Assembly: GCA_038207335.1 (NCBI GenBank)
Contig: JBBQZX010000037.1
Location: 1 to 38,126 of the forward strand
Length of the DNA stretch: 38,126 bases
Origin: Chthoniobacterales bacterium
Lineage (GTDB): Bacteria; Verrucomicrobiota; Verrucomicrobiia; Chthoniobacterales; Chthoniobacteraceae
Direction of reading: 5' to 3'
Below, piece after piece: positions 27,913 through 38,126 of the stretch. Each line of letters starts with the position of its first letter. Positions within the stretch are counted from its first letter, which is position 1. The notes beneath the pieces were generated by a model that was not told where the DNA came from, searched no databases, and worked only from the letters and a program-made list of their open reading frames with translations. The position numbers were made by a program, and so were the translations under genes.

Positions 27913-28296
27913 AAGTGCGGTGGGCTGGGCTAGTGCCTCGCGCTCCTGCCGATTCTCGTTCAGTTGATGTGGCTCACGGGCTGGCACGCGGCTAGATGCC
28001 GGGCTTTTCCCGCGACCGCTTATCTGCTCGTCTGCCTGTTTGCCGGCGGGGTAGGTGGGACGTCCGCGCTCCAGCGGACTACCACAGGAGGGAATTCTGC
28101 GAGTTTCCTTCTGCTCCGAGGGCTCGTTGCCGTAGGTTTTTTCCTCATCACCTTCACAATCGGCACCTACTCCGGTTGCTCTTACATCGCTGGGTGCGAG
28201 CCACTCGCGCACATCACGAGCGAGAGTTCGTCGCCCACAAACTCCGCCGCACGTCGTCTTCAGAAATCTGTGAAAGTCGGCAAAATCTGTAGATGA
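27909..28296 (+). CDS. Small three-TM membrane protein with SGC/IAGC motifs; probably frameshifted near the 5' end or starting at 27964/27967
   Basis: GTG 27909 overlaps the radical SAM stop (GTGA) and reads MKVRWAGL. Dropping one base near 27933 continues CLALLPILVQLMWLTGW...FFLITFTIGTYSGCSYIAGCEPL. Confidence 0.55.
28262..28292. repeat. Short degenerate 9-10 bp tandem motif (AAATCTGTG-like)
   Basis: AAATCTGTG AAAGTCGGC AAAATCTGTAG. Resembles small interspersed ACAGATT-type repeats I recall from PVC genomes; one copy in the window. Confidence 0.3.
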
Positions 28297-28339
28297 ATTA
28301 TCTTCCTCCAATTTCCGCCCTATCCGGGGAATCAGTGCC

Positions 28340-29035
28340 GTGACTGCATCCCCCTACTCCTTCCTCCTGCTCGCCGGGATCGGGGTGACGCTCACTTTTT
28401 GGTCGCGCCTGGCTCGGCGGGATGACCGCCTTTTCGTCGTGTATATCTCGGCGCTGGTGAGCGCATTTATCGGCGCCAAGGTGGTCTATCTGGCGGCGGA
28501 AGGCTGTCTGTTTTGGCAATCGCCGGACCGGTGGCTGATCTGGGCAACGGGAAAGACGATCCTCGGTGCGCTGCTGGGAGGCTACCTCGGCGTCGAACTG
28601 GCCAAAAAGGCGGTCGGCTACAAGCGGGCGACCGGCGATTGGTTCGCGCTCATCGCGCCATTGGGAATCATCCTCGGCCGCATCGGGTGCCTGCTGCACG
28701 GGTGCTGTCTCGGTGAGGTATGCGCGCCCGCATGGTGGTCGCTGTCTGATCACACCGGCGTCCCGCGTTGGCCGGCGGTACCTGTGGAGATCGGCTTCAA
28801 TGTGGCGGCGCTCGCGATCTTCCTGATACTGAGGAAAATGCGGATGCTTGAGGGCCAGCACTTTCACCTCTATTTGATCGGATATGGGCTGTTTCGCTTC
28901 ATTCACGAGTTTCTCCGCGCCACGCCTCGGATCGCACTGGGAATGACAGGATATCAAGGAGCGGCGATAGCCGTAGTGGCGCTCGGGACCTTCGGCTATG
29001 CGAGGCGGAGCGGCGCATGGCACCGTGAGAAATAG
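28340..29035 (+). CDS. Prolipoprotein diacylglyceryl transferase (Lgt)-family protein, divergent paralog (231 aa)
   Basis: Multi-TM protein with IGAKVVY, GKTILGALLGG, signature-like LGRIGCLLHGCCLG, RWPAVPVE and YGLFRFIHEFLR (Lgt Y..RF..EF.R). Symbol withheld because it may not be the housekeeping lgt. Confidence 0.88.
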   Translation: MTASPYSFLLLAGIGVTLTFWSRLARRDDRLFVVYISALVSAFIGAKVVYLAAEGCLFWQSPDRWLIWATGKTILGALLGGYLGVELAKKAVGYKRATGDWFALIAPLGIILGRIGCLLHGCCLGEVCAPAWWSLSDHTGVPRWPAVPVEIGFNVAALAIFLILRKMRMLEGQHFHLYLIGYGLFRFIHEFLRATPRIALGMTGYQGAAIAVVALGTFGYARRSGAWHREK

Positions 29036-29120
29036 GGGCTAGGCGAGAATCGTACTGAGCTGAGCCTCGTTTTCAGGGATTACACTCGAGGTGGGGCATC
29101 CCAGAGAGTCTGGTGGAAAG

Positions 29121-32100
29121 TCAAACCGTCCTCACCACCACTTCGCCGGGGTCGCCAACGCCGTTGCTATCGAGATCGATGACCACGCCTGCAGCCGTGA
29201 AATTTTTCACCACCGCGCCGGTCCCGATTTTCAAACTCGTCAGCACGAGCGACTCAATGGCCTCGCTGTGATTGAAATCGATCGCAATCAACGGAGTGCT
29301 CGCGCCGCTTGCCGCGCCGAGCTTTATCGAGCCGATTTTGCTCCGCGTGGCCAGCGCGCCGGTTGCTCCGGCGAAGTCGTCGTCCGTGCCGAATTGGAAG
29401 TCCGCGCCGGGGTCGATGCCCGCCGCGACGGTGGAGTAGGCGAGGCGTCCGCCGACGGAGACCGAGGCGATGGAGGCGTGAGCGTTGTAGCTGTCGTCGC
29501 CAGTCAGAAAGCCGCCGTCGATGCCGGTATCGACGCCAGCGACAAACCAGTTTCCATCCGCGTTTTTTCCGATGCCGATCGCACCAACATTTCCGCTCGC
29601 GATGATCTGAGAATTGAGCATCGAGCCGGAGACCTTGATGAATCCAAGGCTCGCGGCCTTCAGGTCCGCTGCCGTGTCGATGACGTGTCCCTGTCCGGCG
29701 AAGAGGAAGCTGCCGATGATCGTGCCCGCGTCCTTGTTCTTCGCGGAGATGTTGAGTCCACCGATTCTGCCGCCGGCGACCAGCGAGATGTAGTCGATTT
29801 GAGCCGCGGTCGCGTCGCCGCTCGCGGTGAGTGCGCCGATGTTTCGGCCTGCGTGGAAGTTCGCGCCGGACGCCGATTGGTTGCTGGCCGCGGTGGCGCG
29901 GCCATTTTCCACTTTCAACGCGATGGCGCCGATGTCCGTCCCGGCGTTGAAAAACGCCCCGTGCGATGGTGCGATATCGATCGCAACATTCGCATCCGCC
30001 GCGCCGCTCGCGGTCGCGATGATTTTCCCGATCGAAGCGCCCGCGTAAAAGTTCACGTCGAAGTATTCGCCCTGAATCGCAGCCGCCCGCCCGGTCGCCG
30101 GGTTCTTGCTCGTGGCTAGCGCGACCGCGGCCACGTTGCCGAGATTCGTCCCGGCAAAAAAGCCGGACTCGCGGATCGCAGCGATGCGGAGGTCGGCGGC
30201 GGCGGAGGTCGCTTTCGCCGTGATCTTGCCGACCGCGCCGCCGTCGCTCGCGATGGCTGTCGCATCGATCGCGATGGCATCGGCGAGCGCGCTGCCTGCG
30301 ACGCTGGCGGAGACGTTGCCGATGCTGCCGGTCGTCGCATGGATGTAGCTCGCGAAAATCGCACGGGCGTAAGTCGCCGAACTCAACACGCTCGCGGTGA
30401 TGTTCCCGATGCGCTGCGCTTCGATCGTATCGCTGTCGATCGCCGAGATCGTAGCGCTCTGATTCGTGAGTTTCGCGGTGATGTTCCCGATCCCGCCGTC
30501 GAGCGCGCGGAGCGTGCTGGAAGCCAGGGAGCCGCCCGTGAGCATGACGTTTCCGATGTTCCCCGCGAGCGCCACGATCGTCGATGCGCCGATCGAGCCC
30601 GCGCCGATCGCGCCTATCGAAGCCGCATTGAGGAGCGTCCCGATCGCGCCCTTGACCTTCACATCTCCCAGTGAGCCCTCGACGAGGAACGACGAGCCAA
30701 ACAGCCCGCCAGCCTTGATATTCACAGCCCCGAGCGTCGCGACGCCCGCAAACTGCGAGGCGCTGTCGAGATCGATCTCCGGCCGGAAATCTCCGGTCGT
30801 CACGCTCAAGCCTTTCACGCTCTGCCGCGCGTTGAGCAATCCATCGAACGCCCAGGAATGCACATTCACCACGCCGACTTTCGTCGCAAAATCCGTCGTG
30901 ATTCCCACCCCGAGCGCATCGCGGAAATTCAGGTTCAGCGTCGCTTTCGCGGCATCCGCATCGGTCAGCGAGCCGCCGATTTTGAGCTGCGTGAAAGCCG
31001 CGACATCGCCGAGCGCGAGCGACTTCAGTGAGCCGCCGATCACCAGATCGTCCGCGCCGTCGTCGTAGCCGTTGCCGAGCACCGCGCTGCTGCTGAGCGA
31101 GATCGAACCGAGCGAACCCGCGCTCGTGATGCGTCCGACGTTCACGCTGCCGCCCTTCGTCGTCGTGATTTTCAACGCCGTCGTGGCATCCGTCCCGCTG
31201 AGCACGATCGCGCGCAAATCAGCCGTGTCCAAAACGCCATTCACGAGCGACACGATGCCCGAGCCGTGCCCCGAAAGCTTGATGGTGACTAGCTTCCCGA
31301 GCGAGTCATGCACCTGCACCGGATGCCGTGCATCGAGCGTGAAGGTCGTCCCGGCCACCACCGTCACGCTCGCATCCGCAACCAGCGGCAGCGTCTCGTG
31401 ATTCCCCGCGCCGTCCACCGCGCTCACGACGAAATCGTACGTGTGCCCGACGACTCCGCTGAAGATCGCCGCGTGATGGGTCGTCCCGAGCACGAGCGGG
31501 GCGAACTGCCCGCCATTATCCGAGACATACACGTCGAACGTCGCGAGCCCCGACCCGCCCACATCGTCCGAGCCGCTCCAGCGCACCGTGAAATCCGGCC
31601 CGCTCATCCCATTCACCGAGATCGGATCGACATGCGCGACCGGCGCGACCGCGTCGATCGTGTTGAAAATTGCGGCCGTCAAAATCGCATCGTTCGCGTC
31701 GAAAACGATGCTCGCCTGCGCGTCGATTCGGTCGCCGGTGTGCGCGTTCGTTTTCGCCTGCACCGTGTAGCTCACGAAGCCCGCGCCCTGCACCCCATCG
31801 ACATTCGGCGGCAGCACGCCGTGCGTCAGATCGCCGGTCACGTCGCCAGTCAGCGGATCGATCGCACTCAGCGACCAATGGACCGCGCCGGTTGTCAAAT
31901 CCACGCCTGCCTCGAAGTCCACGAACACGCCCAATTCGCTCCGCAAATCGAGCCGCTCGCTGAACGAACTGCGCCCCGACGGAATCTCGTACGTGTGCCC
32001 GCCGAAGCCAAAGCTCGTGAGCCGGAACGAATTGAAATCGAGGTCGCTGTCGAGCTGGCTCGTAACTTTCACCTCCGCCGCCGCAGCAGTCGCCGCCGCG

Positions 32101-35100
32101 ATATTTTCAAAATCGATCGTGTAAGGCAGCGTCTGTCCGACCCCCACGAAATGCTGCGACCCAGCCCCCGCCGGCCCGATGATATCGTTCGGATCGAAAG
32201 CGTTCCCTTGGGTGATGGGATGGATCGGGTCGATTCGCGGACGGACACCAGCGATCGGCTTGTTCGGTTTGTTGGGGTCGTCCGGCTTCGGGATCGGTTT
32301 GCAGTTCGGGTCGGCGCTGTTTTTCGCGAGGCAGTCGTAATACTTTTGCGCCTTCATCGCCGCGTCCGGCACGACCTTGTAGTACTCCTCCACCTCCTGA
32401 TCGAACTTCGCTTCGGTTTTCACGATCTGCCCCGCGTATTTCAGCGAATCCTGATAATTCAAGGCATCGATCGAAGTCTGAAATCCGACGACTTTGTCCA
32501 CCAGCGAGGCGATGATGCCCACCTTCGTGAGTCCGATGGTGCTCGCGCCAGAGAGCGACTGGATGTAGCCGACGACGTTCGTCGTGTAGCCGGTCGTTTT
32601 CGCGAGGTCCTGCGTCGCCATGCCGATTTTTCCCACCGTCGTTTTTGGTGCGCTCGATGGATCGAGATACTCCTGCGAGATCGTTCCGACGTCGTTTGCC
32701 GACTGCGCCGTGTCGGTCAGCCCCTGCGCGATCTGGAGGAGCTTGGGAGTTTGGAACCCGGCCTGAGCCAGTTTCAACGCCTTGAACGCAGCACCGACCT
32801 GGAAAATCCCGAGGACGGTGCGCGCGTTTTCGAGTGTCTCCAGTGTGATTTTCGCACCTAAAATATCGATCTGAAGCTTCAACTGCTCCCGCGCCAAATC
32901 CGCCTGCCGGTATTCTCGATCCTGGATGATTTTTGCCTCCATGGCCATGTTCCGCTCCGTGTCGCATTTCTGGCACATCGCGTTGGCAGAGAAATCGTCG
33001 AAAACGTGATCGGGGTCGTAATCGAACATCACCGCACGGTCGTAGAGCACCTGAAAAAGTTTCGCCTGCGCCGCGACTTTGAACGGCGAGAGGCCGCCGA
33101 GAAAATCGATGATGGCGTTCAGCCCCTGCGCGACGGAATTGCTCACGATCTGGCCGAGATCGATCGTGCTGCCCACGGCCATTGGCTGCGGAAGCGCCGC
33201 CGGCTTCAGGAGTGGCGACGGCCCGGAGGTCTGTGGAATATTCACGCCGCTCCGGGCGATGAAATCCGGCGAGCCGGGCGTGCTGATGACGAGTTGTAGA
33301 TTGCTTCCGAAGGCCGAACTGATCTCGAAATTTCCCTGCACGTCGGTCGTCGTCTCGCCGAGGATGCGTCCGTCCGTGGTGCGCAACGAGACGGTCACAT
33401 CGGCGAAATTATTCCCCTCGGTATCGACGACCTGCCCGATGACGTGGCGGTCGCCGCTGCTCGTCAGCGTACCATCCATCGTCGTCGCGCCGGACACGGT
33501 GAAGCCCGTTTGCAGCAGCACATTCGAGCCCGCGCGGACGGTGGCGATATCGTAGGTGCCGGCCGGGACATTCGGGATCGTGTAGCTGCCGTCGGCGGCA
33601 ATCACCGCGGAAAATGTGAGGTCCGCCGCGGTGGTCGAGTAGAGGGTGACGAAGCCGCCGCTCGCCGGTGCCGCACCGGCGGTGACGTGGCCGGTCAGGC
33701 TCGCCTGGAGTCCCTCGGCGATGCTCACCTGCGTGCTCGCTCCGGTGACGGTCACGGTCTGAAAAGCTCCCCGGTTGTTCGAGCCGGTGATCAGCACCCG
33801 ATAGTCGCCCGGCACGAGATTCGCGAGCGACACGATGCCGTCGGTGCCGACCGTTTCATCCGCGACTTCGAGACCGGTGGCGATGTGGACGACGCTGACG
33901 ATCGCAGTCGCGACCGAGCCCGCGGAGTCGCTCACATTCAACTGCAGCGAACTCGTCCCGGCGGTAAAATCGCGCGTCACCGTGCCGGTCGAGACGGTCA
34001 CATTCGTCGCTGGCGCAAAACTCCCGGAGAGAGAATCCGCCACTAAATCGAACGTGCCGCCCTGCTTCAAAATAAACGTGAACACGCCGTTCGCATCGCT
34101 GAGCGCGGTGGCCATATCGTGCCCGCCTTGCCGCAAAATGACGGTGCCATTTTTCACCACAGTGCCATCCGGGAGACGCAGCGTGCCCGTGATTTTCGCC
34201 GCGATCGCCGCCTGCAAATCCGCGGTCGCAGTGGCTCCGTCGAGATTCGCGATGATGACGCTTTGCTTCGCCAGCGGCCCGTCGAGCCCGAGATAGACAT
34301 TGTGCGTGCCGATCCCGACGTGATCGAACACGTAGTGCCCCATGTCGTCGGTCTGCTCGCTCAGCAGCGTGCCATCCGGCGCGCGGGCGAAAACGGCCAC
34401 ATGCGCGAGTGGCTGCGACGACGCTGAATCGAGCACCGTGCCCGTGATTTTTCCACCCGGATGAATCTCCAGCGCGATGCCGCCGAGGTGATCGCCGGCG
34501 GCGACGGTCGCGTTTGCGCTATTGGCAAAAGTGAAGAAATCGACCGGCGCGATCGTGTAACTCCCGGCCGGTAAATCCGCGATCGTGAACGCTCCGTTCA
34601 CGTCGCTCAGCGCGACGCCGAGCAAATGGTCGCCGACGAATGCGCCCACCGCGATCCTGCCCAGCAGCGCGGGATCGGTCGCGGTGACCGTGCCGGCGAT
34701 CGTGGCACCAGCGAGCAGCGTGATATTGCCCGCATCGAGCGTCACGCCCGCCGCGAGCACGAGGTCGACGACGTCGGAGCTGAGGTATCCGCCGTGGAAA
34801 ATCGAGAGGTCGTATTGCCCAGCCGGCAAGCCATGGAGCTGAAACGCGCCCGTCGCATCGGCGGCGGCGACGAATCGCCCCGAGTCGTCGGTCGAGCCTT
34901 CCAACGTGGCGACGATGGTCGTCAAGCCCGCTGCGGGACCTCCCGCGCCGAGCGTGGTGTGCGCGACGATCACCGACTCCGGCGCGAGCGAAAAATCGAG
35001 CGCCGCGCCTGCCGCGCCGATCACCACATTCGCCGCAATCGAGCGCGCGCGACCGTCCGCCTCGGCCACGATTCGGTAAGTACCATTTGGCAGTCCGGCT

Positions 35101-38100
35101 AGTTCGTAACTCCCATCCTCGTGGCTGACTTGGATGTATTGCGTGCCATCCGCGGCGGTCGCGGTGACGAGTCCCGAGCTGATCGGCAGCCCCGCCCCGG
35201 CGGTGAGCAGACTGCCGGAAAGCGATGCGCCCGGCACCAGCGCGATCGACGCGCCGATCGCGTGCTGACCGGCCGCAACCTCGAAGGCGGCCGTCGTCGC
35301 ATTGATCGCGCCGTCGAAGCGAAACGTGTAGTGGCCCGGCGTGACTTTCGGGAAGATGAACGACCCATCCTCGAGCGAAAACGCGCTGAACCGCGCGCCG
35401 GTATCGACATTCCGCGCCTGCACGAGCCGCCCGCTCAGGTCGAGCGCCGGATCGCTCGCGGTGGCCACACCGCGGATCGAGGTATTGATCGCCGCCCGCG
35501 CTTCGAGCAGCTCGATTTGGAGCAGGCTGATGGGCGTCACGCGGTCGCCGAATTCCTCGGGTAAAAGCGCGATGTCGTGTCTCAGGACGCGCTCGTAATC
35601 GCCATACGTCGGCCCGAGTTGCTGCACGAGTTGCGACCGCACCGCGTTCCATTCCGCGTCGGTGAAGATGCCCGGGAAACGCGTCTCGATTTCCAGCTTG
35701 TCGAGGTCGAGCGGCGCGGTGCGATCGACCGTGTCGAGCGTGAGAATGCTGCGAACGCCGGCCTGCGCGACATCGGGTTCAAAATGGAAAAAGCGCGAGC
35801 CCTGAAAACCCGCGGGAAGCACGTCGGCCGGGCCGTTCGGATTGACGGCGAAAAACTCGACGAAGCGTGTGTAGTGCTCGTCGGTGTCGGTGAAAGTTCC
35901 GTTGTCCGAACTCAGGATGAGCAGCGGCGCGGGAAGGTCGTGGCCGGTCGGGTTGTTGTAGCTCACGAGCACCGTGGCGGTGCGCCCGACGCGGATGCCG
36001 ACGGGGGCGACAAGGCTGACATTGATCTGCAAATCAGGGTCGATCGCGGGTGCCTGAAAGACGTTGAACGCGTCGGAAAGGGTCGTGCCGGCGGCACCGT
36101 TTTGAGCGTGGAGATCGTAGTCGCCGATCGACGCGCCGCGCAGATTGAAGGTCGCGAAGACGGTCGTGCCGTCGCGCACTTGCACGCGGATCGACGAGAG
36201 GGTCGCGCCGCTCCCGCTGTGCGGCATGAGCGTGAAGGCCGTCGCGTCGGAGAACTGCGCGCCGTGGATCGTGAGCGTGATGTCGCCGTTGTTCGTGCCC
36301 GCGAATGGGCCTGCATCGAGCACGGAAAACGCGAGCGCATCGGCGCTCAATGCGAACGCCGCGCCGGTGCCCGCGGCCTCCCTACCGTGCAGCAAAATGT
36401 AATACGAGCCGGTGATCGGGTCGGCCACCGTGAGGCTCTGCGACACGCTCGCGGGATCGAAGGCGAAGGCGTCCGAGGCTGATGGCGTGGGCGTTGCGAG
36501 GTGGCTGAGGAAAAGCTCGGCCTCGCCCGCGACCGCGCCGGTGAGGTGGATTTGCGTCGCGGAATTCGGGAGATCGACGCGGAAGATGAGGTCCTGTCCG
36601 GCAGCGATCGTGCCGATGAAAGTCGTCCCCGGCGTGAGTGTGGGAACGCCGACGGCGAGCGTGCCGGCGGGGGAGAACAGATTGTTCGCGTCGTCAGACT
36701 CGGCGACCTGCGCGCGCGAATCGGTGAGGATGAAAACGTGATACGAGCCCGCGAGGAGCGGCGGCAGGTTGCCGGTGAATTGCGAATTGTAAGTGTCGCC
36801 GCCAGCGAGTGCGCCATTGTGCGGGACGCGTCCGAGGAGCGTCGCAGTCGCGTCGAAAGTCGCGCTTGCGGAGATGTAAATCGAATCCGTCCACGCGTTC
36901 GCCGCGGTCGCGACATCGGCGAGATTTTTCACCGAAAAGGGAATCGTGATCGGTTGCCCCGCGACGCCATTTGCCGGCGGCGCGAGCGTGAGCGGCATGA
37001 GATCGGACGGCGCGCTTTGGCCGGTGATCGTGAATTGCGTCGTCGTCTTCAGCGGCGCGAACAGCGGCTGCACGCCCGTCACATTCGCGAATGCGCCGCT
37101 CGTGCTCGCATACGTTGCGATCGCATAGCTGTCGCCGATGACCGGGATGAAATTCGCATCGACCCGCACGTCGAGCGTCCCGCCGAACGCCGCATTTCCC
37201 ACGGCCGCGATCTTTCCAAAAGCGCCGCTCACCGGAGTCCCCGCGACGTGCAGCAGCAGCGTGCCGAGCGCGGTCTGCGTGAAGTCCGCGCCGACATTCA
37301 CGGTCGAGCCCGCGCCGATTTCGAGCGTGCCGGTATTCGTGAGCGGACCGGGCCCGAACCCTTGCGGATCGACCGCCGGATGCAGGTCGCCGGAGCGCGA
37401 GGTGTAAGTCGCGCCGCCGAGCACGCGCAGCGCGCCGGTGTTGGTCGCGATGTTGTCCACCGCGTTGAAACTCGCCCCCGGGCCGCTCACCGTTACGTCC
37501 GCCGCGTTGCTCACCACAGTGCTGAGGAGGTTCCCGAAATCGTCCTGCGTGGCGATGCCGAAAAAGTAGAGCGAGCCGCCATTCACCGCGCGCCAGGTGC
37601 CGCCGGTGAGCGTCGTGCCGTCGCCGGAAATCTGCGCGGGATTCTTGGCGAACTGCACGCTCCCCGCCGCCGCCTCAAACGTGCCGTCATTGTCGATCGT
37701 GTTAAAAAAAACGTACGTCGTGCCCGTGGTCGTCCCGCCACGCGAGATGAGTCCGTGATTCACGAGCGCTCCGGTGCTCGAGCCAAACGTCCCGGAATTC
37801 CCACCCGCATCGAGATGCACGACGCCGCTCGCTTCGTTCGTGAAAGTCGCAGCGCCGACTTGCACGAATAACCCATTCGTGCCCGTGACATCGATCTCCC
37901 CGAAGTTTTGCAGCGAGGTGCGCGTGAGACTGAGGCCGCCGTCCACGTCGAGCGTCGCGCCGTTCTCCACGCGGAAAACCCCCATATCCTGCAGCGTCGA
38001 GAAATTCAGATTCCAAGTGTCACCGGACTACAGCGTGAGCGTGCCAGGCCCGCTGAAGACGGCACCCAGCGCGAACAGATGATGCGGGTGCAAATCGAGC

Positions 38101-38126
38101 CCCGCATCGGCCAGCGTCAGGTTGGC
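29121..38126 (-). CDS. Giant multidomain extracellular protein (5'-partial, >2950 aa) with an in-frame TAG at 38028-38030
   Basis: Passenger-like beta region; CARDB (SDLMP...SVKN...WTDSIYIS...QVAESDDANN, about 36680-37010); PPC-like and Ig-like domains; multiple carboxypeptidase-regulatory-like repeats (G.V...DG.Y....LP.G.Y, about 33150-35480); helical insert; AFDPNDIIGPAG domain; FN3-like VRWSGSDD..GSG; C-terminal beta-solenoid. The frame stays open to the window edge except for one TAG. Confidence 0.9.

Noticed and set aside
27910..27933. Selenocysteine/pyrrolysine readthrough fusing the radical SAM gene to the downstream membrane ORF
   Set aside because: It would need both TGA and TAG readthrough, the enzyme already ends after its conserved FC motif, and the GTGA overlap points to a separate gene.
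28293..28343. 16-codon ORF MNYLPPISALSGESVP as a RiPP precursor
   Set aside because: No Cys or leader features. It may only relay translational coupling or be chance, so it is not called as a gene.
1..38126. CRISPR arrays, tRNA or rRNA genes
   Set aside because: None recognised. The repeats seen are degenerate protein-level repeats within coding genes.

Overview
GC-rich bacterial DNA, most likely Verrucomicrobiota (Chthoniobacter-like). This is inferred from a PEP-CTERM tail, an EPLESRIAPA N-terminus and WxxxDPxAAxxW repeat proteins. Left to right: (1) nested IS relics at 1-616, with an IS481 left end abutting a CTAG site in a second, oppositely oriented IS481 transposase that is fused to an ISKra4-type 3' end; (2) a plus-strand trio of a secreted CLCA-like HEXXH metalloprotease/VWA protein, a membrane-anchored HEAT-repeat protein and a Gly-rich beta-solenoid protein; (3) an OmpR-family two-component pair; (4) a 4453-aa PEP-CTERM protein with passenger-type beta-strand repeats and two PA14-like domains; (5) a membrane-anchored alpha-repeat protein; (6) a tightly coupled operon at 25880-29035 with a Tes/GDGT-MAS (MJ0619/COG1964)-like radical SAM enzyme, a divergent Lgt paralog and three small membrane proteins whose last transmembrane helix ends in a lipobox-like [A/S]-G-C; (7) a >2950-aa surface protein running off the right edge, with an in-frame TAG and a Cys-bracketed helical insert. 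The best candidate for an undescribed system is (6): possibly dedicated lipidation of C-terminal cysteines coupled to radical lipid-chain chemistry. All family assignments come from recognising motifs by eye; no database searches were run.
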